Below are positions 46,841 to 57,753 of a stretch of DNA of 64,000 nucleotides, piece after piece (the stretch's first letter is position 1; the number at the start of each line of letters is the position of its first letter). Source of the DNA: Planctomycetota bacterium (GTDB taxonomy: Bacteria > Planctomycetota > GCA-002687715 > CAIWVZ01); the NCBI GenBank assembly GCA_044222185.1, contig JBGANV010000002.1, forward strand, positions 256,001 to 320,000. Direction: 5' to 3'. The position numbers and the translations under genes are program-made. The notes beneath the pieces were generated by a model. It worked only from the letters and a program-made list of their open reading frames with translations, searched no databases and was not told the origin of the DNA.

Positions 46841-49011
46841 CGGAGGTCCTCCGCGCGAATCGGGAGACGACGAATGCGTTTGCCCGTCACCGCGAACAAC
46901 GCGTTCGCGAGCGCGGGCGCAACGGGAGGAACGCAGGGTTCGCCGACGCCTCCCATCTTCTCGCCGCTGTCCATCACGTGAGCTTCGACGGTCGGCATCT
47001 CGTTCATGCGCAGGATCGGATAGTCACGGAAGTTGCTCTGCTCGACGCGACCCTTGGCGAACGTGATCTCGCCGAAGAGCGCCGCCGAAAGCGCGAACGT
47101 CGTTCCGCCTTCGACCTGGGCCTTGGCCGCGTCCGGATTGACGACGGTTCCCGGGTCGATGACGCCGACGACGCGGTGGACGCGCGGTCGCCCGTCGGGC
47201 CCCACCGACGCTTCGACGACCGCGGCGCCGACGCTCTCGAACGAAGCGTGCATGGCGATGCCGCGCCCGCGTCCCGCGGCCAGGGGCCCACCCCAACCCG
47301 ACTTCGCCGCCACGAGGTCGAGCACACGCAAGAGCCGCGGCTGCTTCGCCAGGAGCGCGCGACGAAACGCCACGGGATCCTGCCCGGCTGCGTGCGCCAT
47401 CTCGTCGACGAGGGTCTCGACGACGAACGCCGTGTGCGAGTGTCCGACGGATCGCCACCAGAGCACCGGCACGACGCCGGGCGCCCGCATCCACTCGATG
47501 CGGACGTTGGGGATGGCGTAGGGCAGCTCCCGCACGCCTTCGACGGCCGTGTCGTCCACGCCGTCCTTCACGGTGAACGCCTCGAAGGGCGTCCCTGCCA
47601 TCAGCGATTGACTGGTGGTTCGGTGCGACCACGCCGTCGGCATTCCCGACGCATCGAACGCGATCGTGACCGCGTGATGCGCCCGCGGCCGGTAGTACCC
47701 GCCGCGCATGTCGTCCTCGCGCGTCCAGATGACCTTGACGGGTCGACCGACGGCCTTCGAGAGCTGCACCGCCTCCCGAACGAAGTGCGAGTCGACGACG
47801 GCCCGTCGCCCAAAACCTCCGCCGAGGAGCGTCGTGTGCAGCTTGACCTGCTCCTTCGGCAATCCGGCCTCTTCGGCGGCCGCGTCGCGATCACCCGTCT
47901 GGAATTGCGTTCCGACCCACACCTCGGCGCCATCGCGGCGAACGTCGGCGACGCAGTTGAGCGGCTCCATGGGGGCGTGGGCCAGATAGGGAAGGTCATA
48001 GACGGCCTCGATCGTGCGTGCCGCCTTTGCGATGGCGCCGGGGGCATCGCCGTCGTTGCGCGCCACCGCGCCCGGCCCGCGGGCGAGGGTCGCGTACTCC
48101 TCACCCTGGGTCTTCGAATCGAGCGCGCCCTGCGGACCGTCATCCCATTGGATCTTCAGCGCGTCGCGGCCGAGGCGCGCCGCGTGGAATCCGTCGGCGA
48201 CGACGGCAACCCCGCGCGGAATGGCGATGACATCCTTCACGCCGGGTGTGGCCTTCGCCACGTCCGCATCGAAGGAGATCATCCTCCCACCGAACACCGG
48301 CGGCCTGGCAATCACCGCCACGAGCATCCCCGGCAGCCGCACGTCCATGCCGAACACGGCGCGGCCGTTCGTCTTGTCCGGCGTGTCGACGCGATTCGTG
48401 ACGCGCCCGACGATCGTGAACGTCTTGGGATCCTTCAGCTCCACGTCCTTGGGCGGAGTCAGTCGCGCCGCCTCGCGCGCGAGACTGCCGAACGACGCGT
48501 GGCGCTTCGTGTTCGGGTGATGGACGTGACCGCGCTCGGCCCGGCATTCGGTCGTCGCGACGCCCCACCGCTGCGCCGCCGCGGCGACGAGCATCACGCG
48601 GGCGGACGCTCCCGCCTTTCGGAGCCGCTCGAACTCCGTCCACGTGCTCGTGCTGCCTCCGGTCATCTGCACGCCGTAGACGGTGTGGTTGTACGCCGGA
48701 TCCACGGGCGCCGACTCGGCGCGCACCTTCGACCAGTCGGCCTCCATCTCCTCGCTGACGAGCATGGCGGCCGTCGTGTACGTCCCCTGCCCCATCTCCG
48801 AGTGCGGCACGAGCACCGTCACCGTGTCGTCCTCGCCCACGCGAACGAAGGCGTTCGGCGCGAAGGGCTTACCGGATGCTTCCGGGCGCCCAGCACCCGC
48901 GGTGGCGCACCCGGCCGGCATGGTGACGCCGAGCAGGAGGCCACCGGCCGCGAGCGCGCCGAACCGCAGGAAATCCCGCCGACTGTGGCTCAAGTTGAGC
49001 ACGCCGCTCAT
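46837..49011 (-). CDS. Xanthine-dehydrogenase-family molybdopterin subunit (IorB-like) with Tat signal
   Basis: 'SRRDFL', 'EMGQG', 'TGGSTS', 'HAPMEP', 'GGGFGRR', 'WWRSV' and 'GGVGEP'. Confidence 0.92.
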   Translation of the reverse strand: MSGVLNLSHSRRDFLRFGALAAGGLLLGVTMPAGCATAGAGRPEASGKPFAPNAFVRVGEDDTVTVLVPHSEMGQGTYTTAAMLVSEEMEADWSKVRAESAPVDPAYNHTVYGVQMTGGSTSTWTEFERLRKAGASARVMLVAAAAQRWGVATTECRAERGHVHHPNTKRHASFGSLAREAARLTPPKDVELKDPKTFTIVGRVTNRVDTPDKTNGRAVFGMDVRLPGMLVAVIARPPVFGGRMISFDADVAKATPGVKDVIAIPRGVAVVADGFHAARLGRDALKIQWDDGPQGALDSKTQGEEYATLARGPGAVARNDGDAPGAIAKAARTIEAVYDLPYLAHAPMEPLNCVADVRRDGAEVWVGTQFQTGDRDAAAEEAGLPKEQVKLHTTLLGGGFGRRAVVDSHFVREAVQLSKAVGRPVKVIWTREDDMRGGYYRPRAHHAVTIAFDASGMPTAWSHRTTSQSLMAGTPFEAFTVKDGVDDTAVEGVRELPYAIPNVRIEWMRAPGVVPVLWWRSVGHSHTAFVVETLVDEMAHAAGQDPVAFRRALLAKQPRLLRVLDLVAAKSGWGGPLAAGRGRGIAMHASFESVGAAVVEASVGPDGRPRVHRVVGVIDPGTVVNPDAAKAQVEGGTTFALSAALFGEITFAKGRVEQSNFRDYPILRMNEMPTVEAHVMDSGEKMGGVGEPCVPPVAPALANALFAVTGKRIRRLPIRAEDLR

Positions 49012-49478
49012 TTGGGGGCTCCCGTGCGCAGCGAATCGGCAGCGCGGTGGATCGCCGTCCGGATCCGACAGTAGGTTCCGCACCGGCAGAGGTTGCCCGA
49101 CATGGCGTCGTCGATGTCGTCGTCCGACGGTGATTTCGTTTCGGCGAGGAGGATTGCCGCGGACATGATCTGCCCCGATTGGCAGTAGCCGCATTGGGGC
49201 ACCTCCTCGGCGACCCAGGCGGATCTCAGCGCCGCGCCCGCGGGAGTTTCGAGCCCCTCGATGGTGACGACGCGCTTCCCCACGGCGCGCGAGACGGGCG
49301 CCACGCACGAGCGGACCGCCTCCCCGTCGATGTGCACCGTGCACGCTCCGCAGAGCGCGACGCCGCACCCGAACTTGGTTCCCGTGAGTCCGAGGGTCTC
49401 GCGCAGCACCCAAAGAAGCGGCGTGTCGGGCCGTACGTCGGCAGTGACCGCGTTCCCGTTGACGTTCAGTTCAAGCAT
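49008..49478 (-). CDS. (2Fe-2S)-binding subunit (IorA-like)
   Basis: 'GTKFGCG..LCGACTV', 'QCGYCQSG' and 'NLCRCGTY'. Confidence 0.93.
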   Translation of the reverse strand: MLELNVNGNAVTADVRPDTPLLWVLRETLGLTGTKFGCGVALCGACTVHIDGEAVRSCVAPVSRAVGKRVVTIEGLETPAGAALRSAWVAEEVPQCGYCQSGQIMSAAILLAETKSPSDDDIDDAMSGNLCRCGTYCRIRTAIHRAADSLRTGAPK

Positions 49479-49572
49479 CGGGTCGGCCTTTCCCTTGTCG
49501 GCGAAGCGACGCCGATTGTAGGCGTGAGCCGAGTCAATGACAGAGCCGACGTGTGCGACTAGAATGCCCGCC

Positions 49573-50745
49573 ATGTTCACCCGTGACTCCGTGCTCTCGG
49601 CCGTCACCACGATCGCTCACGGGTTCGCGTCTCAGCGAAGCCTGCGCCAGCAGCGGCGCGAGCTCGACGCCTTGGATTTCGACGCCCTTCGACAGGCAGG
49701 CTTCGCGCGAGCGACCATTCCAGTGGAATCGGGCGGACTCTTCACGGACACGCGCGGATCGGTGCGCTTCCTCGCTGAGCTGTTGCGAATCCTCGCCACG
49801 GGTGATTCGTCCGTGGCCCTCGTCGCCGCCATGCATCCGGCCGTGATCTCGTACTGGCTCGTGCTCGCCGAGATCGCCGGCGCCAAGCGCGAGCAATGGA
49901 TCGCACAGAGGGATCGCATCTCGCTTGCCGTGCGGGGCGGTGCATGGTTCGGGACGATCACCTCTGAACCCGGCAGCGGCGGAGACATCGCGAAGACCAA
50001 GGCCGTGGCCATCCCGGGCGCCGACGGCGGACCCTGGGAGCTCACCGGGGCGAAGCACTTCGGGAGCGGCTCAGGAATCACGTCGTTCATGGTGACGACG
50101 GCGCGGGTCGGCGGGATCGGGGCTCCGGACATCTTCCTGTTGGACACCCGCACGACGGATTGGAGCGGGGCGTCAGGAATGAAGCTCGTCGCTCCCTGGG
50201 ACGGTCACGGGATGACGGCGACCCAGAGCCACGCGTTCCAGTTCACGTCCTTTCCGGCCGAGCGCCACGCGTTCGCCGACAGTCTGGAGTTCATCCTCGC
50301 GGCTTCCGGAGGCTTCATCGGCTGCCTGTTCGCCGCTGTTTTCGTGGGAATCGTCGAGACGGCAGTGGCCGAGGCCGAGCGAGCTCTGACCCCGCGCCGT
50401 GCCGACCTGCGCCCCTTCGAGCAGTTCGCATGGACACAGGCGGTGACCGATGCGTGGCTCGTGCGGCAGGCCTATGAAGGGATGCTGCGCTCGGTCGAAG
50501 CCGACGGCGGTACGCCCGTGGACGTGCTGCGCGGCAAGGCGGCCATCGCCGAACTCGCCGAATCGACGCTCCGCAACCTCTGCACCGTCGTCGGCGGCGG
50601 GACGTACTCGCGTCGTTCGCCGTTCGGGTTCTGGTTCGAGGACGTACGTGCGCTCGGGTTTCTGCGCCCGCCGCTCCCCCTCCTTCACGACCGACTGTTC
50701 CGCGCGTCGTTCGCTGCGACGGCGTCGAGCGCGCAGGACGTGTGA
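49573..50745 (+). CDS. Acyl-CoA dehydrogenase-fold flavoprotein (DszC/SfnB-like); start uncertain (49537-49573)
   Basis: 'SEPGSGG', '[10 protein letters not shown]', 'WDGHGM.ATQSH' and 'VVGGGTY'. Confidence 0.78.
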   Translation: MFTRDSVLSAVTTIAHGFASQRSLRQQRRELDALDFDALRQAGFARATIPVESGGLFTDTRGSVRFLAELLRILATGDSSVALVAAMHPAVISYWLVLAEIAGAKREQWIAQRDRISLAVRGGAWFGTITSEPGSGGDIAKTKAVAIPGADGGPWELTGAKHFGSGSGITSFMVTTARVGGIGAPDIFLLDTRTTDWSGASGMKLVAPWDGHGMTATQSHAFQFTSFPAERHAFADSLEFILAASGGFIGCLFAAVFVGIVETAVAEAERALTPRRADLRPFEQFAWTQAVTDAWLVRQAYEGMLRSVEADGGTPVDVLRGKAAIAELAESTLRNLCTVVGGGTYSRRSPFGFWFEDVRALGFLRPPLPLLHDRLFRASFAATASSAQDV

Positions 50746-50754
50746 ACTCGAAGC

Positions 50755-50895
50755 TCAGCGGACCGTGTAGCCGATCGGCGTGGAGATGCAGCCCACGGCT
50801 GCCCCCGTCACGTCGACGCTGATCGCGCCGCGCGAACGACCCGGCGGCAGGCTGAAGGGACCGAACGTCGCGGTCGTCGACGAACCCCGTGGGTC
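50755..50895 (-). pseudogene. Possible remnant of a secreted-protein C-terminus
   Basis: A start-less frame reads DPRGSSTTATFGPFSLPPGRSRGAISVDVTGAAVGCISTPIGYTVR*, resembling the C-terminal beta domains of secreted proteins in this window. Confidence 0.3.
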
Positions 50896-50990
50896 AGATG
50901 TCCACGACCTGCCAGCCCGGACCGCCAAAGCGCGCGCACCGGGCGCCGCGGCGTTTCGCAGGCTGCCTCTCGCTCACGCACGGTCTCGTT

Positions 50991-52799
50991 TCACGGGATC
51001 CGAAGTCGCGCGTAGCTCGAGATCCGGAAGCCCGGCGGCAAGAGCGACCCGCAGACGGCCTGGGCGCCGAACGTGAGCCCATGCAGGTTCGGGTCGTTCG
51101 GAACGACGAAGCCGAGGGTGGCCGTGTCGCCGATCCCCGTGGTGAGCGTCCCCACCTCGAAGACGGGCCACATCCACACGACGCCGGGCAGACCGAGGTC
51201 GAGCGCTGGGTTCAACTCGTTGAAGCCCATGACGAACGTCGCCGGATTCCCCGCCGGCCACTGGACCCTCACGAAGCCGTTGCCCCCGAGCTGATACGCC
51301 GCCGCGGCATCGGAGGTGGTCAGCGCGGGATGACCGTTCAGCGGATCGATGTCGGATGCATTGGGAAGCCCGTCACCATCGGCGTCGCCCCCGTACTGGA
51401 ACAGGCCCATCATGCCCAGCCCCATGTGCATGACGTCGTGGCAGTGGATCACCCAGCGCCCGGGATTGTCGGCGATGAACTGCAACGACTGACTGCTCGC
51501 GCCGAGGCCGATCGGGCGGATCAGGATCGTGTCCTTGATCGGCGGCGCGGTCGTTCCGCCGGCCGTGTTCATCAGGCGCATGCGATGCCCGTGGAAGTGG
51601 ATCGGGTGCCACATCTCCCCGGTCATCATCATCATCGGCATGGTGTTGTTCAGGTTCAGTTGAACCTGGTCGTTCGGCGAGACGGCGAACGGAGTGACGT
51701 TGGGCCACGCCTGGCCGTTGAACGTGAACGCCATCGTCATGGATCCCATCATCCCGCTCATGGTCATCCCGAGGGCGATGGAGTAGTTGCGGTTCGGGGC
51801 CGCAGTGATGGCGGGGACTGGATCGGCCGCGGCCAGGTTCGTGTAGTCGAGCAGCGTGCCCGTCGAGACGTTGGCAGGGACGAACGATGCCGAGGGCACC
51901 GGGTTCGTCGCGCCGGCATAGGCGACGACCGCTCGAACGAGGGTCGCATTTCGGTTGGTGATCGCAGCAGCCGCGAGGCTCCACACCCCCGGATTCGTCA
52001 GATCGACGATGACGTCATAGCGCTCGCCGACCCCGATCGGGATCGCCTGGCGCACGACGGGAACGACGCGCCGTCCATCGGCATGAGTGACCGTCATGGG
52101 ATGGCCGTCGAGCGCCACCACGTAGTGCGTCATGGCCGCCGCGTTGATGAAACGCAGGCGGAGCCGCTGACCGGCCGTCACTCCGATGGGAACCTGGCCC
52201 GCGCTCGTCTTGCCGTTGATGAGGTTGCCGGTGAACGCACTCGTCCCAGGGAACGCCGGCATCGTCATGGAGCCCATCATTCCCATGCTCATGCTCAACG
52301 GGCCGACGGAGTCGTCGAGGATGATGGTGCGCTCCAGATCGAATGGTGGATCGGCGGCCGGGTTGGCGGGATCGACGATGAGCGCGCCCTGGAGGCCCGT
52401 GTTCATCTGGTTCTCCGCGTGCGGATGGAACCAGAACGTCCCGGACTCGTTCGCGACGAACTGGTAGGTGAACTCCTGGCCCGGCGCGACCGCCGGACGG
52501 GACACCCCGGGGACGCCGTCCATCCCCGCGGGGATCTCCAAGCCGTGCCAATGGATCGAGCTGGGCTCCGCCAGGTTGTTCACGAAGCGAACCTTCAGCG
52601 TCTGGCCTTCGGTCACGCGGAGCACGGGGCCCGGCATGGTGCCGTTGTAGGCCCCGACCGTCAGTGCCGTTCCCGGCTGGGGCTGGACCGTCGCGAGTCC
52701 GGCGGTCACGGTGTATTCGACGACCTGGGCGCGGAGGGCGCTCGCCAGCGCGAGAGCAACCAACGGCAACGTGAAGTTTCGACGAACGAAGAGCCTCAT
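50991..52799 (-). CDS. Met-rich three-domain multicopper oxidase with C-terminal extension
   Basis: HWHG, WFHPH, HPIHFHG and HCHDVMHMGLGM copper motifs; 'VRRNF' Tat-like leader; Met clusters. Confidence 0.92.
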   Translation of the reverse strand: MRLFVRRNFTLPLVALALASALRAQVVEYTVTAGLATVQPQPGTALTVGAYNGTMPGPVLRVTEGQTLKVRFVNNLAEPSSIHWHGLEIPAGMDGVPGVSRPAVAPGQEFTYQFVANESGTFWFHPHAENQMNTGLQGALIVDPANPAADPPFDLERTIILDDSVGPLSMSMGMMGSMTMPAFPGTSAFTGNLINGKTSAGQVPIGVTAGQRLRLRFINAAAMTHYVVALDGHPMTVTHADGRRVVPVVRQAIPIGVGERYDVIVDLTNPGVWSLAAAAITNRNATLVRAVVAYAGATNPVPSASFVPANVSTGTLLDYTNLAAADPVPAITAAPNRNYSIALGMTMSGMMGSMTMAFTFNGQAWPNVTPFAVSPNDQVQLNLNNTMPMMMMTGEMWHPIHFHGHRMRLMNTAGGTTAPPIKDTILIRPIGLGASSQSLQFIADNPGRWVIHCHDVMHMGLGMMGLFQYGGDADGDGLPNASDIDPLNGHPALTTSDAAAAYQLGGNGFVRVQWPAGNPATFVMGFNELNPALDLGLPGVVWMWPVFEVGTLTTGIGDTATLGFVVPNDPNLHGLTFGAQAVCGSLLPPGFRISSYARLRIP

Positions 52800-53139
52800 G
52801 AGTCGATCTCCGGTGATTCGCTCCCGGCAACGGCGAGCCGGTTCGATTTGGACGCAGTCTACGGTGCCGCGGCGCCTGCCTGTGTCGTCTGCGCCGGAAA
52901 CCGTTGGGAACTGCGGCCTCCGACACCCTCCCCCACTCGCCAGACTTCGTACTCGAGCGAGTCCCACAGCCACGACGACACGCCGGCGAGCGGGTTCGAC
53001 TCCCTGCGGAAACCGCGCGACGCCGGAGCCGTGACGCGCGACATCGCCCCACACTCTCCACGGCTCCGTTCGAACGCCCCCGCTCCAATGCCAGCGAGGC
53101 CCTTCCTGTTTCGCGCATGTCCACGCACAACTACCACCG

Positions 53140-54606
53140 ATGACCAAGGTCGTGTTGTTGACGGGGGCTACGGGATACGTGGGCGGACGCCTCCTGCCCC
53201 TCCTCCTGCAGCGTGGATGTCGGGTTCGGTGCCTGGCGCGGAAGCCCGAGGCGCTTCGCGGGCGCGTGCCGGCAGAGGTCGAGGTCGTCGCGGGAGACGT
53301 GCTCGACGCGGAATCGCTCGCCGCAGCGATGAAGGGCGTGGATCACGCCTACTATCTCGTGCACTCCATGGGGTCGGCGGGCGACTTCGCCGAGTCCGAT
53401 CGGCTGGGTGCGGCGAATTTCGCCGCGGCTGCCGCGAAATCCGGCGTGAGAAGCCTCATTTACCTGGGTGGGCTCGGGGAGTCGTCGGCGCAACTGTCGC
53501 CGCATCTGCGGAGTCGTCAGGAAGTCGGCGACGTGCTGCGCGCGTCCGGCGTCCCCGTCGTCGAATTCCGCGCCTCCGTGATCATCGGGTCCGGGAGCCT
53601 CTCGTTCGAGATGGTCCGCGCGCTGACGGAGCGGCTGCCGATCCTCGTCACGCCGCGCTGGGTCCGCGTGCCGGCGCAACCCATCTTCATCGGGGACGTG
53701 CTCGCCTATCTCCTCGCCGCGTTGGACGTGCCCCGGGGACGGGAGCGCATCTTCGAGATCGGCGGCGCGGACGTGGTCTCCTACGGCGACGTCATGCGGG
53801 AGTACGCGCGCCAGCGAGGGCTTCGGAGGTGGATGATCCCCGTACCCGTCCTCACGCCGAAACTCTCGAGTCTGTGGCTCGGACTCGTGACGCCGCTCTA
53901 CGCGCGGATCGGGAGGAAACTCATCGACAGCATGCGCCATCCGACGGTCGTTCGCGATGCGGCCGCGCGGAATGAGTTCGCGCTCGGGCCCATCGGCGTG
54001 CGCGAGGCCATCGCACGAGCGCTGCGCAACGAGGATGCGGATTTCGCCGTCACCCGCTGGTCGGATGCCTTCTCGGCCGCACGCACGCCCCAGCCGTTCG
54101 GCGGGACGCGTCTTGGGAACCGGCTCGTCGACTCGCGGTCGCTTCCGGTTGCGGCCCCGACGGCGGCCGTCTTCGCGGCAGTCGAGCGCATCGGCGGAGC
54201 GAACGGCTGGTACTACGCGCAATCGTTGTGGCTGCTGCGCGGGTGGGTCGACCTCCTCGTCGGCGGCGTCGGAATGCGGCGCGGTAGACGGAACCCGACT
54301 CGTCTGGCAGTGGGCGACGTCCTCGATTGCTGGCGGGTCGAGTCCATCGAGCCAGGACGCCGACTGCGACTCGCGGCGGAGATGATTCTTCCGGGGCGCG
54401 CGTGGCTCGAGTTCGAGGTGACGGGTTCCGGCGACGGGAACGCGTCACAGCTCCGGCAGACGGCGATCTTCGACCCTCGTGGCCTGGCCGGTCTCGCCTA
54501 CTGGTACGGCATCTGGCCGCTTCACCAGCTCGTCTTCGCGGGGATGATCCGAGGGATCGCACGCCGTGCCGTCAGGGAGCAGAAGTCCGGCTCGCAGTCC
54601 GGCTGA
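53140..54606 (+). CDS. YbjT-like atypical SDR with C-terminal DUF2867 domain
   Basis: 'TGATGYVGG', 'YYLVHSM', 'GSGSLSFEM', 'IGGANGW', 'AEM.LPGRAWLEF' and 'G..YWY...P.H..VF'. Confidence 0.9.
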   Translation: MTKVVLLTGATGYVGGRLLPLLLQRGCRVRCLARKPEALRGRVPAEVEVVAGDVLDAESLAAAMKGVDHAYYLVHSMGSAGDFAESDRLGAANFAAAAAKSGVRSLIYLGGLGESSAQLSPHLRSRQEVGDVLRASGVPVVEFRASVIIGSGSLSFEMVRALTERLPILVTPRWVRVPAQPIFIGDVLAYLLAALDVPRGRERIFEIGGADVVSYGDVMREYARQRGLRRWMIPVPVLTPKLSSLWLGLVTPLYARIGRKLIDSMRHPTVVRDAAARNEFALGPIGVREAIARALRNEDADFAVTRWSDAFSAARTPQPFGGTRLGNRLVDSRSLPVAAPTAAVFAAVERIGGANGWYYAQSLWLLRGWVDLLVGGVGMRRGRRNPTRLAVGDVLDCWRVESIEPGRRLRLAAEMILPGRAWLEFEVTGSGDGNASQLRQTAIFDPRGLAGLAYWYGIWPLHQLVFAGMIRGIARRAVREQKSGSQSG

Positions 54607-54690
54607 CGGCGGACGGACCGTGGATCGAGACGCCCTGACGTCGCCCTCGTGACGACGGGGCGCGTGAGCGTCAGGCTGCCACCGTCGCGC

Positions 54691-57096
54691 TCAATCGTTC
54701 GGCAGCTTGGACATCGCGGCCATGACGTCGTTCAGCCGCCTCTCGTTGCCGAGTCGCGCGAAATGGGTGCGCGCCCAGGTGAACAGTTTGCGTGCCTGCT
54801 GCGTGCGACTTGGGAACTCGGCCGCCACGCGCGCGGTCGTGACGAGGATCTCCGGGTCCTGGGGCTCGAGCTCGAACACCACGTCGACGAAGTTCTCCGC
54901 CTCTTCCTTCGAGACGATCTCCGGATGGTCGAGATGGATCGCCAGCAGACGCCACGGTGCCAGCGGAGCCTGGGGGTAGTCCCGCAGGATCGACCGATAG
55001 TTCTCCGCGGCCTCCTTCCACTTCTGGTCACGTTCGTCCAGTCGGGCGAGGACGAACCGCGCGCCCTCGCTGCCCTTGCGGATGCGAAGCGCTTCTTCGG
55101 CGTAGGCGCGCGACCTGACCGGGTCCCGATCGAGCACCGTCAGCGCCAGCATCTCGTAGACGATGTTCGCGGAGACGCGCACCCGGTCGGCGCGCTGTTG
55201 CTTCAACTCGTTCTCGACAGTGCGTAGCGCCGCGTCGAAACGGGCGTTCCCGTCGGCCGTGGTGTCGAGGGATTCCATGGCGACGGCGACTGCACCGATC
55301 AACGGTTCGTCAGGCGCCAGCTTGAGCGCTTCTGCAAGCGTCTCCTTCGTCGACTTCACGAGTTCGGCGCGTTCGTCCCGATCGGCCTCGCGGATCTGGG
55401 AATAGCCCATGGAGACGAGCATGGTCCTGGCGATGACGTGATTGGGGTCCAGGTCGAGGAAGCTCTGGAGGATCTCCGTCGCCTTCTGGAATCGGCGGAG
55501 GCGGAAGTTCGCCAGCGCGAGGCCGAAGCGGCTCTGGGGCCAGGTCGGGTTCAGCTGCTTGGCTTTCTCGAAGGCCTCGGCGGCGTCGCGCGAGCGACCA
55601 TTCGTCACGAGGAAGATCCCGAGCGACGTCAAGCGGACGGGATCGGAGATGCCCTCGATCTTCGCCGACTCGAGCACGGTCTTGGCTTCCGCTTCGCGAC
55701 CCATGAATCTCAGCACGGTTCCGCGAGCGAAGCGGAGTGCGGCATCGTTGGGCGCGATCTTCAGTCCGCGATCGAACTCGGCGAGAGCCCGATCCGGCTG
55801 ATCCGTGTTGAACTGTACGAGTCCGCGCTGGAGATAGACCTCGACCAGCGACGGGTCCAACTGCTGCGCCTCGTCGAGCAGCGGGAGCACGTCGGACGGC
55901 TGTCCACCGATGGCGCGCATGAGGCTGCTCTCGAGTTTGGATCGGGCGAGTTGCTTGTCGTTCGCCTGACTGCGGACGAGTTGCCAGCCGATGATCACCG
56001 CGGCCACGACCACGAGCGCGGTGATCCCGACGGAAACGCGCCGGCGCCGCACGAACTTGATGATCCGCGTGAGCGTTCCCGCGGGTCGCGCGAGGATCGG
56101 CTCGTCCCTGAGGAAGTGCTCGAGGTCGTCGCCGAATTCGGCCGCCGTCGCGTAGCGGCGCTCCGGATTCCGCTCCATCGCCTTCAGGCAGATCACTTCC
56201 AGGTCGCAGGGAACGTCCGGGTTGTGGCGGCTCGGCGGAACGGGGTCGTCCGTCTGGATCCGCTGGATCATCAAGTGCGTGGAGGTCTCTTCGTACGGTC
56301 TGCGACCCGCGATGATCTCGTAGAGCGTGACGCCGAGCGCGTAGATGTCGCTGCGTCGCGTGATGGCTTCACGGCTCGCGGACAGCTGCTCGGGGCTCAT
56401 GTACGCGAGCGTCCCCATGACCTCGCCGGAGAGCGTCAGCGTGTCGCCCGCGGCTTCCGTGCGAGCGAGGCCGAAGTCGGCGATCTTCGCCACGTCGTGG
56501 AGATCGACGAGGATGTTGGCCGGCTTGATGTCGCGGTGGAGGAGGCCTGCTTCGTGCGCCGCGTGCAGACCCCGCGACGCCGCAATGAGGATGCGCAACA
56601 GGCGGCGCGTCTCCGTCGCTTCGGGGCGATCTCCGGGCCCACTCGGCGCGGAGACTCTCAGCGGGCTCCCGGCAGGGACGTCGACCGACGTGGACGGCGA
56701 CAGGACCTGATCTCCCAGCCGAACGGTCGACGTCGACTCGGCCGACGGAACCGTCAGCGGGTTTGCCGCGCCCGAGCGCTGGCGAAGCAGCCTCTCGAGC
56801 GGGCTGCCCTCGACGAACTCCATGGCGATGAACTGCTGCCCGTCCGACTCGCCGTAGGCGAACACCTGCACGATGTTGGGATGTGTGAGCTTGGCTGCCG
56901 ACGCCGCCTCGCGGCGGAATCGCTCGACGACCTGACGGTTCGAACGGTTGATCCCCAGGATGACCTTCAACGCCACACGCCGGTTCAGCGACGCCTGTCG
57001 CGCTTCATAGACCACGCCCATGCCGCCGCGACCGATCTCGCGAACGATCTGGAAGTCGCCGATGCGAAGCGGTGATGAAAGCGGTTCGATGGTCAC
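54691..57096 (-). CDS. Ser/Thr protein kinase with TM helix and TPR repeats
   Basis: GRGGMG, VALK, HRDIKPAN, DFGLAR and 'GTLAYMSPEQ'. Confidence 0.93.
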   Translation of the reverse strand: MTIEPLSSPLRIGDFQIVREIGRGGMGVVYEARQASLNRRVALKVILGINRSNRQVVERFRREAASAAKLTHPNIVQVFAYGESDGQQFIAMEFVEGSPLERLLRQRSGAANPLTVPSAESTSTVRLGDQVLSPSTSVDVPAGSPLRVSAPSGPGDRPEATETRRLLRILIAASRGLHAAHEAGLLHRDIKPANILVDLHDVAKIADFGLARTEAAGDTLTLSGEVMGTLAYMSPEQLSASREAITRRSDIYALGVTLYEIIAGRRPYEETSTHLMIQRIQTDDPVPPSRHNPDVPCDLEVICLKAMERNPERRYATAAEFGDDLEHFLRDEPILARPAGTLTRIIKFVRRRRVSVGITALVVVAAVIIGWQLVRSQANDKQLARSKLESSLMRAIGGQPSDVLPLLDEAQQLDPSLVEVYLQRGLVQFNTDQPDRALAEFDRGLKIAPNDAALRFARGTVLRFMGREAEAKTVLESAKIEGISDPVRLTSLGIFLVTNGRSRDAAEAFEKAKQLNPTWPQSRFGLALANFRLRRFQKATEILQSFLDLDPNHVIARTMLVSMGYSQIREADRDERAELVKSTKETLAEALKLAPDEPLIGAVAVAMESLDTTADGNARFDAALRTVENELKQQRADRVRVSANIVYEMLALTVLDRDPVRSRAYAEEALRIRKGSEGARFVLARLDERDQKWKEAAENYRSILRDYPQAPLAPWRLLAIHLDHPEIVSKEEAENFVDVVFELEPQDPEILVTTARVAAEFPSRTQQARKLFTWARTHFARLGNERRLNDVMAAMSKLPND

Positions 57097-57236
57097 GTTC
57101 CGATCCCAGTGGGGACGAGCGGGAAAAATGAGGCAGAGGATACCGGCCTTCCCCGGTCCGACGGAAGGCGGCGATCGGAGGTCGTGGGACCCTCAGGCAC
57201 CCGGCGATCGGGGCCAGAGCGGAGCCGCGGAGTGGC

Positions 57237-57752
57237 TCAGAGCGTGCGCTGGTAGAAGGTGTCGCAGGCGCCGTGGCCCGTCTCACCGCGCGGCGAACAG
57301 ATCGAAGCAAACCCGCGCCGCTCGTAGAGCTTCCGCGCGGCCGTCATGTTGTGCCTGGTCTCGAGGTACATCGTCCGATAGCCGACACGCCGGGCGGCTT
57401 CGATGCAGAGGTCGATCAGCTTGCTGCCGTTTCCGAACCCGCGGCCCTCGGCGAGCAGATACATCTTGCGCAACTCGCAGATTCCGTCCCGCGGATCGGA
57501 TCCGGCGAGCGGGCCGAATCCCGCGCCCCCGACGACACGGGCGTGACCGTCGCCGTCGACGCGCTCGAGCACCCAGTAGCTCGCATCGCCGCCCGGATAG
57601 GCGCGCGACATGTAATCCAGCTCGGCGTCACTGCTCGCGAACCCAGGGCCCACGCAGGCGAACTCCGCCAGCGTCTGCCTCACGATCGCACCGATTGCGA
57701 CGTCGTCGGTCGCGTCGATCGGCCGGATCCGCCACGTCACGTCCTTCGCCAT
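57237..57752 (-). CDS. GNAT N-acetyltransferase (YjgM-like)
   Basis: 'CELRKMYL', 'RGFGNG', 'YLET' and 'LYERRGF...TGHGACD'. Confidence 0.88.
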   Translation of the reverse strand: MAKDVTWRIRPIDATDDVAIGAIVRQTLAEFACVGPGFASSDAELDYMSRAYPGGDASYWVLERVDGDGHARVVGGAGFGPLAGSDPRDGICELRKMYLLAEGRGFGNGSKLIDLCIEAARRVGYRTMYLETRHNMTAARKLYERRGFASICSPRGETGHGACDTFYQRTL

Positions 57753-57753
57753 G

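Noticed and set aside
57237-57752. GNAT gene as the missing ArgA
   Set aside because: It lies 31 kb from the operon, looks YjgM-like, is co-transcribed with the M61 peptidase and has no visible ARG box. It cannot be fully excluded without an assay.
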